Below are positions 39,843-52,255 of a stretch of 64,000 nt of DNA, piece after piece. Below the pieces are notes generated by a model. That model ran no database searches and was not told where the DNA came from. It was given only the letters and a program-made list of their open reading frames with translations. The translations under genes and the position numbers were made by a program. Every line of letters begins with the position of its first letter. The first letter of the stretch is position 1. This DNA comes from Octopus bimaculoides (taxonomy: Eukaryota), in assembly GCF_001194135.2 (NCBI RefSeq), contig NC_068987.1, positions 14,155,663-14,219,662 of the forward strand, read 5' to 3'.

Positions 39843-41343
39843 CTAGCTGAGGCACCCGGCATTGCCCGGGAATGAAATTGTTCCTTATATATTGGAAGAA
39901 AAAAGCAAAATATGTTGTAGAGAAATTTATTATTCTAAATTCAATTTAGTCTTCAATTGGGATACAATTTATTCTTCAGTTGGGAAATCAATTCACAATA
40001 CAAAATAATAATAATAGTAATTTATTTCTTTATTGCCCACAGGGGGTTAAACATAGAGGGTACAAACAAGGACAAAGGGATTAAGTCGATTACATCGATC
40101 CTAGTGCGTAACTGGTACTTATTTAATCGACCCCGAAAGGATGAAAGGCAAAGTCGACCTCGGCGGAATTTGAACTCAGAACGTAACGGTAAGCATTTCG
40201 CTAAGCATTTTGCCCGGCGTGCTAACGATTCTAACACGAAAAATTTTACCATATGCACAGTGTCGTTCTGGAAGAAGTTTAGATTCATGTTCATTCACAA
40301 ATGCAACCAAGTCTGTGGTGTCATTATTTGTCTCTCTTGCTATGTCTCTTGAAGTTCAATCATTAATTTGACGGTTTGTTTTTGGCAGCCCAGAGCCACA
40401 ATCTAGCAAATTTTTGCCTCAATTTCAATCTGTACTTGGTTAAAATTTGTTTCAGAGAACTGAATATTGATATCTGGGTTTGCCTGTTGAACTGCATACT
40501 TTAAGTCCTCAGCCATGTCCTCACGATGTTTCATCCAAAGCTGTAGGGGACTGCCAAGTTGACACGTGTTCAGTATAATTGCAAAAAGGTTACGGAGTTC
40601 CCTTGGAGAATCTGATACAGTCAACACAAGGTTCCAATGCTCATCGTTTTCTAAAAAACAACTTTGTTGAAAGCATGCTTCCCTATAAGTTTCACACATA
40701 TGACCATTTATCCTCCTCGAATGTTGGAATGATTTGGGACCACATACTTCATGCAAAAAGAGCCATAAGTAGTAGCATTCTGCTTGGCTTGGGTGGGGGA
40801 CACTGTAAACTCTTGCAAGAGCGTCGGCTCGTTTCATCTTGTGTCATTTATTGTTTCTGCAGGTGTAATACTTCGGTAATTGTGGGTAAAGGAGTTTTCT
40901 TGCATCTTCATCTACTTGACACAACTTAAAAATGGCAGTAAGTGTACCTTCTTTTCTAGAAAGTGCTTGTTGCAAGGTTGTTTGTTTTGTAAAGATAACC
41001 CAGTGGCCATTCTCTAGATGGCTACTGAGATGAATGATGGCTGGGTGCCTCTCATGAATGGGAAAATTGAAGATGCACCAAAAAGCCTCATTGGTACTGA
41101 TGTATCTTCTTATGTCATACTGTACATCCTCGTCGTTTTATTTATCTGCTGACTGCCATTCTGCGTAAGAGTGTATGTTGCAGCATCTAAACCTTTGTTT
41201 ATAAATTTGCAAACGTACTTAATAGAGTTAACTGAGTTGCAGAATTCAACAATGACTATGGCTACGTGTGCTCGTCTTTGCTTCACTGTAGAATACTGAT
41301 CATCTACGTCTACCTCAACTCCTCTTGTAGAGAGTGAGAGCAT
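39843..41343 (-). mobile_element. Internally deleted Helitron relic (Rep C-terminal/linker region plus 3' terminus)
   Basis: VEFCNSVNSIKYVCKFINKG, PIHERHPAIIHL and ECYYLWLFLHEVCGPKSF...LRNLFAIIL match Helitron RepHel; the 3' end shows hairpin CCCGG-GCAATG-CCGGG (39855-39870) followed by CTAG (39843-39846). A SINE is inserted near 40020-40232. Confidence 0.85.
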
Positions 41344-42140
41344 TGTTCTCGGAAACTTTTTTCGAAAATTAAAACGGGTATTAAAAGAAAAAAATGAGCT
41401 TGAATATCTTCACAAGAGTGATTGCAATTAAATGGCGATTGTGGAACGCCTCACACGCGCGCGCACATACACGCACGCACACACACACATACACACACAC
41501 AAACATATACACACAGTATCAAACATCAGATGAAATGGACGTCAGAGAGAGAGAAGGGGTGTGTTGTCATGTATACGCACATACATAAATATGCATACAT
41601 ATTTTTTGTATGTATGTATGAGTGCGTGCATGTGTGTGTGTGAGAGAGAGAGAGAAAGATAGAGAGAGTAAGTGCCACTTAGATATCACCCTCTCTCTCT
41701 CTCTCTCTGTGTCTCACACGCACACATACATTACAAAAAAGATGTATGCATATGTTTATGTATGTACGTATACATGACAACACACCCCTTGACTGACTAT
41801 CACCCTTTCTCTCACAAACTCTCACATACTTCAATGTATACAAACGTACATACAAAAACACGTGTGCGTATGTGACTGACTTGTGTGTGTGCGAGAGAAA
41901 GAGGGGGAGAGAGAACATTGCAAAGAATGAATGAAATAAACATGAAATTAAAAAATTTTATAAATAAAAGCTCGTTAAAAACTATCGGATCTTTCTGAAT
42001 TGACGGGCACCACTTTTCATTTATGTTTTATGTAGTGTTTTTGGTACCGAAACACTTTCAAACTTCGTATACTTGTGTATTTTGTGTTATAGAACAGATA
42101 AAAAAATTTGTATTCTAAGTTAGTTCATGTAGAAAAATAG

Positions 42141-42379
42141 GGTACTACTAAAGCAGCGCGGACCCGAACGCGCAGTCGCGTGTCCGCGCTAGCTAGTCGT
42201 GAGTGGTCGATCCTAACCCTAACCCTATTCCTAACCCTAACCCTAAACACGTATTCATTTGCACACGCGGGTTAGGGATAGGGTTAGGGTTAGGGACAGG
42301 GTTAGGGATAGGGTTAGGGTTAGGATCGACCACTCAAGACTAGCTTGCGCGTTCGAGTCCGCGCTGCTTTAGTAGTACC
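42141..42379. mobile_element. Mutator/foldback-type MITE bearing inverted telomeric repeats
   Basis: Long TIRs starting GGTACTACTAAAGCAGCGCGGAC; perfect 9-bp TSD GAAAAATAG at 42132-42140 and 42380-42388; (CCCTAA)n-like tract at 42212-42246 and (TTAGGG)n-like tract at 42268-42324. Confidence 0.9.
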
Positions 42380-43453
42380 GAAAAATAGATACATGTTATA
42401 TTCCAATAAAAGTACTTTTAAATGTAAGGAAAAAAAAATGAATTTCGATTGACATAAGCGGTTAATGTTAATTTGTTACTACTATTTACCGCGTGCTAAG
42501 CGACAACATGTGTTGTTTTAGTGATGGCAGCAGCCAAAGTAGTCATAACAACCATTTATGAACACTGATAATTACACAAATGCTGAAAGTATTTAATGCA
42601 TAATTCAAATTAAAATGTCTTTAACACGAACTATATTCACATCTTTCAGAAGGAAACAGTTTTGTTCAGCGTGTAGATTACCATTGTTGCATTATGACTG
42701 GACGCGTCTTTATACAAACCAACTGAAATGTTCGAGTCGTTCTAGGACAATATTTACTCGACCTCAACATTCACAGCTATCAACTACTCTCAATGGAGCT
42801 GAACCTAAAGACTGGATGTCTTCAGCTTTGCCGATGCGATACGTATTTGTAACAACATCGGAATCTATTTGGGAAGATATACCTGGTATTCATCTGTTTT
42901 ATGTCTTTATGAACATGTATATATATCATTGTGTCCTTGATTTCCCCTCTAAATGTTTTGATTTTGGATTTAACTATATTTAAGCGTGTTAGATTTATAC
43001 AAAGCCAAACAACCAAATTAATTGTTCTGACGTTTGAGAAACTCCTTATTTAGCCTTAATACTAACAAATTATTATAAGGTGCAATTTCTTTTGTCTCGA
43101 CATCCTCCTATGTGTTTTTCCTTTGATAATGTAGACCTAGACGCACTGTCTAAAATATGATATTAATAATGATGATGACGATAATAAAAAACGGCGTTGA
43201 ACTAGAGTTAGCCCACACACTGGAGCTCGGTGTGTACACACCCGATTCAGTGGCCTGCGTAAACACAAAGCAGTTCGAGTAAAAGCTTCGGTCTTTACAT
43301 ATTACTACCTTAATTGTTTTATTTCGCCCTCTCTGTTTTCATTGTCAAATAACTTTAACGAAGTCCACTCTGTTGCCAATGTTCGACAGGTCCCTGCTTT
43401 GAGGATATTTTCCTCGCTCTCTACCTTCAACCAGTCTCGGAGGTCCTGTAAAG

Positions 43454-43700
43454 CAGGGGTCCCCAACCACCGGGCCGTGTATCATTTGGTATCGGACCGC
43501 ACAGAAGGAATAAACTTTAAAAAATTTTGACTAGTCTGCAGGATGCTTTCGCATTGTATGCATAATATATATGTATTGTATTTGTAATAATTAAATTATA
43601 TATTATGCACTTTATTGTTATGTGCGTGATTGCCCGATCTGTGGAAAAATTGTCTTCCATGAAACCGGTCCGTTGTGTAAAAATAAGTTGGGGATTCCTG
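43454..43700. mobile_element. hAT-Charlie-type MITE
   Basis: CAGGGGTCCCCAAC ... GTTGGGGATTCCTG TIRs; perfect 8-bp TSD CTGTAAAG at 43446-43453 and 43701-43708. Confidence 0.9.
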
Positions 43701-43847
43701 CTGTAAAGGATCAAGGGCACTGCTTTCGTTCTGGGTTAAAAGACAAAAAAAAAAAAAAGATTCTTTATCGTATAACTTTAAAAAAGACATACGATGAGTC
43801 CATCGGTAATTATGAATGTTTCTTACAAGATCACAAGGAGTATGTAA

Positions 43848-44058
43848 GGCGGTGAGCTGGCAGAATCATTAGCACTCCGGGCAAAATGCTTAGCGGCATT
43901 TCATCCGTCCTTACGTTCTGAGTTTAAATTCCGCCGAGGTCAGCTTTACCTTTCATCCTTTTGGAGGTCGATAAAATAAGTTGCAGTCGAGTACTGGAAT
44001 TGATATAATCGATTTAATCCCTCCCCTGAAAGCCTTGGGCCAAAGTTTGAAACTAATG
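43848..44058 (+). mobile_element. OK-like SINE, near full length
   Basis: GGCGGTGAGCTGGCAGAATC head, B box, core and tail present. Confidence 0.85.
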
Positions 44059-44196
44059 TAAAGAGTATGTGTAAGTCGAATGGTTGACTCGATTGTAGGT
44101 AGCGAAATTTCATTAATGACTGTTAAGTTAGCGTTACAATATTTAATGTCTTGATCAGTTTTTTTTTAAAAATGCTTAGGCGACAAAGAGAAGATA

Positions 44197-44386
44197 ATAT
44201 TGATTTCAAATTCTGGCACAAGGCCAGCAATTTCGTAGTAGGGGATAAGTCGATTACATTGACCCCAGTGTTCGACTGGTACTTATTTTTATCGAAAGGA
44301 TGAAATGCAAAGTCAACCTTGGCGGAATTTAAACTCAACGTAAAGACGGACGAAGTGCCGCTAAGCATTTTGTCCGTCTTTGCTAA
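44197..44386 (-). mobile_element. OK-like SINE, inverted relative to 43848-44058
   Basis: Reverse complement of the same consensus. Confidence 0.85.
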
Positions 44387-45841
44387 GAGAAGGCAATATT
44401 AATCCCGTGAGTACTATTTCTATAATTTCAGCAAGCAGGGGGAATAACTCCAGATATATTCCGTAATTTGAACTACAACTCATTGGCCTTCACCCAGTTT
44501 TCTCTGTCCCAAATCCTTTACTCAATCTTTCCTCTTTAGAACCCCTTCCTTCTAGAACTATTGCCGATGTTCTATCTTCTGCCATTAATCTTAGTATGTA
44601 GGTATTAACCACACTAACCTCACTGGATCCCCTAGTTTAGGCAGGTCCAAACTGAAAGAGCTGTTGGCACTACTTCTTATTCAACTATTAATCTCTCCAT
44701 TCAAAAGTGAAATATGTTAGTTTGCCCTGATGAAGAACAAAAGTCCAAGACTTTGAACAAAACCCTTCATTTCTCTCCAACAAATTATTCCACCTATAAT
44801 GTAAAACTTTTCACTTCCTCACAGCAGACTATGTTATTCCACATAGACCATCACTACTTTCATTGGATCCTACTGTTCACTTCCGTAATTTCTTACATCA
44901 ACTCTAGGCACATATTTTGTTACCATTTTTCTGTTGACGTATACTACCTTTTGTTTCACTCATATTTGAAAATAATGAAAAATTAGGAAAATAACTTCGC
45001 CATTGTTGTTATGCTGGTGCTTGGAACATAAACTAACATGAAATTTTGGTAGGGAATTTTAGATCACTTTAAAGAAGTTTGTATCATAGAACCAATGGGT
45101 TAACATCGAAGGAACCCTATGATAATAAAGTCCTAGATACTTTAGTTTAGTCTATATAATCTTCTCTTTTGTTGGTGATATCTATTAATCACTTGAATTG
45201 ACCCATGCTTGTTACTTTTATTAGCCACCAGAGATGCAAAGTTAATTCAAGCAGTATTTGAATTTGTTATAATGGGAAGAAATTAATAACTTAGATATTT
45301 TACTGTTCTTTTAGTTGTATCTGATGAATTTTTTTTTAAGCCTGTGTCTGTCAACCTAAGACGGGTAAAATTAGAAGCAACTACTCTTCCCTTCACAAAG
45401 TCAACACTGTGTTTGTTACACATGATAGTCATGAATGTTGGGTGATGATAAGTACTGCTGTATCACAGAATAAGAGACCCTGTTGAATGCTTTCTACCTG
45501 TTGGTGAATCCTAAGTACAGCAGCTTACTTTTAACTACATACTTCCCCCTGCAAGTGTATCACCAGGAAGAGAGCATTAGCATAATTTTTCCTGACATAA
45601 AACTAAACTGCATCTCATGCAGGCTAATTTTCTTCCTAATTAATTAAGCTATAGCTCTTTCTATGATTTTCATGATCTAGTAATAATAAAGTTGTCCTAT
45701 ACTAAGTATTTATCTTCTTATTTGTATGTTATATGTGTGTGTGTGTGTGTGTATAATGTATGGATATCTGCATGTATGTATGTGTTTGCCATTTTGCTTT
45801 TGAAAAAGTTTTTCCAGAAATGTTTTTATTTTTATTCTTAG

Positions 45842-46015
45842 ATGGATTTGTTTTTGATACTGGTTATGTGGATTCCCATGCTGGTTCTCCTTACGACCCT
45901 AAAATTCCTTTGATTCTTGCTGTCCATAACCTCATGTCCAGCCATGAAGATCTTATTCCACTCTTGGCACCATTAGTCTTGAAAAATTACAGAGTTATTG
46001 CAGTTAATCTTCCAA
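45842..46015 (+). CDS. DUF1057-like alpha/beta-hydrolase-fold gene, exon 2 (DGFVFDTGYVDS...PLILAVHNLMSSHEDL...YRVIAVNLP)
   Basis: TTCTTAG acceptor, A|GTAAGT donor, phase 1 to 1; beta3/beta4 pattern resembles YxDS...VVAxHGxPGSHxDF...RxIxxNxPG of DUF1057-type hydrolases. Confidence 0.85.
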
Positions 46016-47240
46016 GTAAGTACAACTGTAACTTTATTGAAGTATATTATAAGATTGTTGTTGTTTAACCCCTGGTCAGTTCTCATCAAGCTACCTTGTG
46101 ATCAAATGCATTCCAATCATGGCCATCCTGACATTTTAGAACATGTAGAACTGCATTATTCTGTTTCGTTTAAGCCTTTAGAATTCACATTACTCTGTCA
46201 AATATAATACTTATACATTCACATTGCTTTCAACTAATCATTTATTATCTTGTAGTGTTGAGATTTTGATGATGTGATTGTAAATTCCAAAAAAATGCGA
46301 TGCTGATTGAGAAGGAATTGTATTGAGTCATTCTGGATGTAAAATTCTGTCTGTTTTTGATTCATAGAATAAACTGTCATTAAGAAGTAATAAGAGATCT
46401 GTGTGCCAAAGACTTCTATCATCTCATCATTTTAACGTTCTGTTTTCCATGCCTGCATGGGCTGGATGGAGTTTATTGAAGTAGGTTATCTACAGCCAAA
46501 TGTCCTTCCTGTCACCAACACACACTTGTTTCCAAGCAGAGTAATACGTCCCCATAGCCAGATATGTTCTCAGAAAATATCAAAAATGAAGGACACTGTT
46601 TGTATGACAGCGGCATTCATTTGCAACTATCACACAATGTCAAGACAAGGAGACATAAACACAGACTCACACACATATGACAGGCTTCTCTGCGTATCTG
46701 TCTACCAAATCCACTCACAAGGCTTTGGTTGTCCTGGAGCTATTGTGTAAGACACTTGCTCAAGGTGCCATGCAGTGGGATTGAACCCAGAACCATGCGG
46801 TTGAGAAACAAACTTCTTAGCACACAACCACACCTATATTCAACAAATAATGCTTACAACTCAATGTGTATTGGATATAAAGGAGAGAACATGGCTACCA
46901 TGTAAGACATTAATTATTAAAATAACCTAAAATCATAGCATTCACTTTCAATAATAATTAGAATTTAATATTTCTAAAAAGAAAGGCAGAGTAATTACCA
47001 TGCTAGATAAAATGCTTAATGGCATTTCTGACTCTTTACATTCTGAGTCAACTGAAGTCAACTTTCACCAAAGTTGACTTCGTCTTTCATCCTTTCAGAG
47101 TTGATAAAATAAGAACTAATTGAGCACTGGGGTTGATGTAATTGTCTTACCTTCTCCCTTCAAAATTACTGGCCCTGTGCCAAAATTAGAAAGAATATTT
47201 CCAAAAATAATCATTGCTTATTCGGTGATTTTATTTTCAG

Positions 47241-47352
47241 GTTCCATCTATACAAATGGTGTTGGTTTAGGCCATGATGATGGTTTCCTACACTCCACTA
47301 CTGAGAATGCAGAATTTATTTTTGATTTTCTAAAAGAGCTGAAAATTCCAAA
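47241..47352 (+). CDS. DUF1057-like gene, exon 3 (SIYTNGVGLGHDDGFLHSTTENAEFIFDFLKELKIP)
   Basis: TTTTCAG acceptor, AA|GTAACT donor, phase 1 to 2, in frame. Confidence 0.85.
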
Positions 47353-47499
47353 GTAACTATTACCATTTGATAAATTTCTTTATTTGACAAATTGATAATG
47401 ATAATGATGATGATGTGTTGGGTGTGTGTGTGTATGTGTCATATTTATATTTATTTATTTATCTAGGCATAGATGTGGTTGTGTAACTGATTGGTTCAC

Positions 47500-47990
47500 T
47501 TCCAAACCACATGGTTCTCTCAGCAATTGCTTCAACACCACGTTTCTAGTGAAAACCCTACCAGTAATGAGTTTGCCTTATTTGGGATGGTCCGCTTCAG
47601 TATTAACCATTATTCTTCCATTCTTCTCTTTGATGTTCTCTCTCTCTTTCGATTTCTCTCCTCTGTGCTGCTTCCTCTTCCGTTTCATCTTGTCACCTTT
47701 GCGATGCTGTCATTCTTAGATATTCTCTCCTCACTGCTGTTTTGCTCTTCTGTTACATCTTGGCGCTTTTGTGGATATCTCTCCCTTGTGCAATTAGGTG
47801 CTCTTTTTCATATTGACGTCTTCGAGCCCGTCTCTCTTGTCTCACTTCTTGTGATTGATTTAATAACCTTAATGTATTGTTTAATCTTCTTGCGTCCAGT
47901 TCTTCCCGAGTGAGACTGGCTGTTCTTCACCTTTGTCTCTCTCTCTGGCTAACCGTTGCCATCTGTCTGATTCATTCTCCATAGCAGGTG
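47500..47990 (-). mobile_element. Decayed Arg/Glu-rich coding fragment, probably a Helitron ORF N-terminus
   Basis: Minus-strand translation REELDARRL...EVRQERRARRRQYE...ETEEEAAQRRE with internal stops resembles the repeats of Helitron RepHel N-termini. Confidence 0.5.
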
Positions 47991-49249
47991 GATGAGTATA
48001 TTTAATACGACAGGACACAAACTTCAAAACAAATGCGTATATTTGTGTGCGCGTGTGTGTACGTTAGTTTGTTTATTTTTCTATACGTAACCATACAAAG
48101 ACCAAAATTACAAAGGATTACATTAACAGCATACACAGAGACCCCCCCCCCCCCGGCAACATCTATACATTCTCTATCTCTGTCTGTCTGTCTCTCTCTC
48201 TTTCTTTCACTACTTCCTGAAACGGGAAAAAATCTTGAAGACAGGCTTCACTGCCTTGGCAAAATTCTTCATTCATAAATATTTACAAACATCACGGTAT
48301 CAGCAAATATTTGTAAATATTTATAATTACTTTCCTTTTATATTTAGCTTTCTTTAAACAGACAATATTATCAAGCTTTCTTTCAATAGACAATATTTTA
48401 ATTCTATGACTTAAAAATTACCACTTATTTATTTATCTTTATCTTATTAACTTTTTAAGCAGAAAATCTTCCAGAACAGTCAAACATCCGTAGAAATAAT
48501 TTTGAGGTGCAAAAATCTTATTTAGTTATCTTATATATTGCAATTAATGTTTACCAGAAAAAAAAAATCAGCATTCATTGAATGAAAATGTTGCTGTTGA
48601 GAGAGAGTGTGTGAGTGAAAAAGAAAGAGAGAGAGAGAGAGCGTGTGTTTGCGTCTGTAGATAGATAGAGAGAGAAAGAGAGAGAAGCAGCGTTCATCAA
48701 CTAAGTGAAAAGGTTTTTGTTGAGAGAGCGAGAGGAGCTGTTTGATTCCACTCCCTCTCTCATTGTTATTACCATTTTGTCTCTTCTCTTTTTTTACTCT
48801 TACTTACACTGTTACTTCCTCATTGCTTTTGGACAAACTTACAAACAAGCTCATTATATAAGGGCTTTCCTATAAGTAGGTTATCTCCCTTGGCTAGGCG
48901 GCGCTCCATGTAGACAATTAAACTTCCGCAGACTATCCACGCTATTGTTATTGTTTTAGGTCTTATGGATATAAAGCAGCTGACAATTTGTTGTCACATT
49001 AGAATTTTCTTACTGTGAAATAAGATTTTATCAAACTGATTTTCTATCATGACTTTATATAATACACACACACCATATAAAGTGAGAGAGAGTATATTTA
49101 TCATTTATTTGTTCATTTAACAGATTTTTCCATGATAGCATGGGTTATATTTATACACATGATGTTTGCAATTGACAGTTAACTATGATAATGTTTATGA
49201 AGAATTGTCCTTTTAATTTTCTTCTTGATATTTTTCTTTCTCACACAAG

Positions 49250-49366
49250 GGTTGATGTATTACTTGGCCACGGCACTGGATGTTACCCTGTTGTTCGCTT
49301 ATGTGCAGGACATGACCTGTTTAAGTCTGCAGCATTAATTTCTCCTGCAGGTCACTTACCATGCCC
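49250..49366 (+). CDS. DUF1057-like gene, exon 4 (VDVLLGHGTGCYPVVRLCAGHDLFKSAALISPAGHLPCP)
   Basis: CACAAG acceptor, CC|GTCAGT donor, phase 2 to 2; contains the nucleophile elbow GHGTG (49266-49280) and the LISP beta6 motif. Confidence 0.85.
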
Positions 49367-49533
49367 GTCAGTATTATTTTATTTCTATATGCACCTTTTT
49401 TTTTATACATACCATACACATTCCAAATCTACCCTTATTCAACAGATCTATGATTAAAAGTATTCTAGCTATGAACATCTCATCATTTTGGAATGAAGCA
49501 TCGTTTATCTGGTATTACATTGTCCTTGGTATA

Positions 49534-49750
49534 TGAAGGTGTGCTGAAAAGTTCTTGGCTTTGGTTCAAAGAAAATACAGGAGGGTCAGTTAATTAAGAT
49601 TTTATTGAACATATTCCCCTCTCAGATTCACACACTTACTGTTGTGGTCCTTTAGTTTTTCTAAGCCCTGTAAAATAATTTAGAAAGTTGGGCTTCCAAC
49701 CAAGCCTTTCATGATACCCTTAAAGCCAGGAACTTCTCGGCACTCCTTCG
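49534..49750. mobile_element. Tc1/mariner-type MITE
   Basis: TA|TGAAGGTGTGCTGAAAAGTTCTTGGCTTT ... AAAGCCAGGAACTTCTCGGCACTCCTTCG|TA imperfect TIRs with a TA target site. Confidence 0.8.
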
Positions 49751-50514
49751 TATATGTCTTTCTATTTTTATGCTTATAGAGCATGATTTGAAGGAGAATT
49801 GGGTGCTATCTTTAGCAGGCCACACGACTATGCATAGGCTCCCTTGTTTTCACATATTTTGATAGGTAATTTTAGTAAGTGGAAGAGTAATTTGGGTAAC
49901 TCTATGCCATTTTGAATAAAGTTTTTGTTATCCTTCTGTTCCAACAGTGAAAAGCTAGCATGACTTTTTTGTTAGTCACCTCTGGTTTCCCACCTGATCT
50001 TCAGCCAACCATTCATCTCTGATGTGTGATTATTTATAGTGATAGTGATAACTATTGTTAGCATGAGTATCTTAGGCACATACCTTGTAAAATGCACCAC
50101 ACACTTCATGATGACAATCATGTTGTCAGTAGCTCATCTGCTGTCCCTCTGTATGTAACTCTGCACACATACTAATATGTCTGTCTGTTTATCTAGCTCT
50201 CTCCAGGGCTTTCTGTGGTCAAGATTGATCATGAATCTGCATAGACTTGAGCAAGGTTTATTTTGTGGAAGACTAGCAGTTGCCCATACATGCACATTTT
50301 CCCTTTCTCTATGGCTACCAGTGTCATCCAAGGAAAAGGCTTAATACTGTTTGGCACATGTTCCATCATAACACAAAAAGTCAGTATTGATGCTGCAAGA
50401 CATCCCATCCAATGCTTGTACACTTCTGCCAAATCCACGGCCCTGGATTGGTAGTTTTTTTTATTGACCTGTTACAAATAGCAGTCAAATTTTCTTTGGA
50501 TCACATCCAGCTAT

Positions 50515-50937
50515 CTTAACCATTTTATTATTATTTTTCTTTGTCTCAAATAATTTTTTAAATAATGAAGAATTTAGTAAAATAACATTGTCATTATAAA
50601 GCTGGTGTTTGGTGCATAAATTAACATGGAAGTATGATGAGAAAGTTTTAATTTAAATCACTTTAACCCTTTAGCATTTAAAATGGCCATATCCAGCCCA
50701 AATATTCTACTGTACAGATCCAGCTTCCCACTCCTACTCTACAATGTAATTTTAAAGATAAACAACCACATCATTGAAACCTTGAATCTACAAGGTAATG
50801 CATGACTAATTCAAAACAATGTGAATTAATAAGCATTACATTTGACAGAGTAATCTCAATGCTAAAGGGTTGATAAAGCAAATTTGTTTCATATAACCAA
50901 GGGCAGTCTCAGATGGGTTGGTTTCAAAAGGGTTAAA
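50515..50937. mobile_element. TTAA MITE family B with a family A copy nested at 50663-50873
   Basis: Outer sequence is the reverse complement of the 55254-55481 family and ends CAAAAGGG|TTAA; the inner element sits at a TTAA site. Left boundary approximate. Confidence 0.7.
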
Positions 50938-51257
50938 AAGAAAGGAGATGTATAACAATGAAGTCCTAGGTACTTTAATTTAGGCTACATCACCTCATTT
51001 GTTTGAGATCATTTGCTACTTTAGAATCTTAAACATACATATAAGCATGCCTATATTCATTCTCTATTTTCCTTCAGTGACTTGTATCAAGGTTATTTTA
51101 TTTTACACCTACAGACTAATCACTAGTACATTACCATACTATAACTGTGAAATCAATTATCTTTCAGCTTAGTAAAAAAAATATAAAAATCCCAAATATT
51201 TAATAATTATATGGATTTATTTTCCTATTGTTTCTTTTTGTTTTATAATATACACAG

Positions 51258-51435
51258 AGGAGTCCAACCTCACTTACGCTATAAGTTGTTCACAGAAGTA
51301 TGGGATGTACCCTACCTTCGACCTTTTGCAAAAGTTTTTGTCTATCTATGGAAACTCAAGGATGCTTACAGGGAATATACAACAGAAAGCGTTATAAGGG
51401 GTTTCTTCATAATCAACGGTATAGACTTCAATAGT
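51258..51435 (+). CDS. DUF1057-like gene, exon 5 (GVQPHLRYKLFTEVWDVPYLRPFAKVFVYLWKLKDAYREYTTESVIRGFFIINGIDFNS)
   Basis: TACACAG acceptor, AGT|GTAAGT donor, phase 2 to 0, in frame. Confidence 0.85.
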
Positions 51436-52255
51436 GTAAGTATAGTTATTATTTTTTTTTATACTGATAAAGATTATTTTATTTACTTTTCTCAGTTGTA
51501 TTTGCTTGGCAAGTAACTTGTTCTGGAATCATGTGTTGAATCTGATTCAAGTACGTGATAAGAAGCTTGCTTTCCAACCACATGGTTCCAGGTTCAGTCC
51601 TACTACATGGCGCCTTAACCTTCTACTGTAGTTTTCTACTATAACCTCAGGCATGGAACATGGATGTTAAATTTCGGCTTGCGAAGACCTGTTGGGGCAA
51701 GCGAAAGCGAAATCGTGATGGCACTAAGAGCACCGTCCAAGCGTGATCGTTGCCAGAGCAGCTGTCTGGCTTCCATGCCGGTGGCACGTAAATAGCACCA
51801 TTTGAGCGTGATCATTACCAATGTCGCCTTCCTGGCACTTGTGCCAGTGGCATGTGAAAAGACATTCAAGCGAGATCATTNNNNNNNNNNNNNNNNNNNN
51901 NNNNNNNNNNNNNNNNNNNNNNNNNNNNNNNNNNNNNNNNNNNNNNNNNNNNNNNNNNNNNNNNNNNNNNNNNNNNNNNNNNNNNNNNNNNNNNNNNNNN
52001 NNNNNNNNNNNNNNNNNNNNNNNNNNNNNNNNNNNNNNNNNNNNNNNNNNNNNNNNNNNNNNNNNNNNNNNNNNNNNNNNNNNNNNNNNNNNNNNNNNNN
52101 NNNNNNNNNNNNNNNNNNNNNNNNNNNNNNNNNNNNNNNNNNNNNNNNNNNNNNNNNNNNNNNNNNNNNNNNNNNNNNNNNNNNNNNNNNNNNNNNNNNN
52201 NNNNNNNNNNNNNNNNNNNNNNNNNNNNNNNNNNNNNNNNNNNNNNNNNNNNNCA

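Noticed and set aside
38174-42324. TTAGGG tracts as a real telomere or chromosome-fusion scar
   Set aside because: The tracts are short, degenerate and enclosed by TIRs (one element with a 9-bp TSD), so they belong to transposons.
47426-47913. Hydrophobic plus-strand ORFs resembling membrane proteins
   Set aside because: They are the antisense reading of an Arg/Glu-rich decayed transposon ORF.
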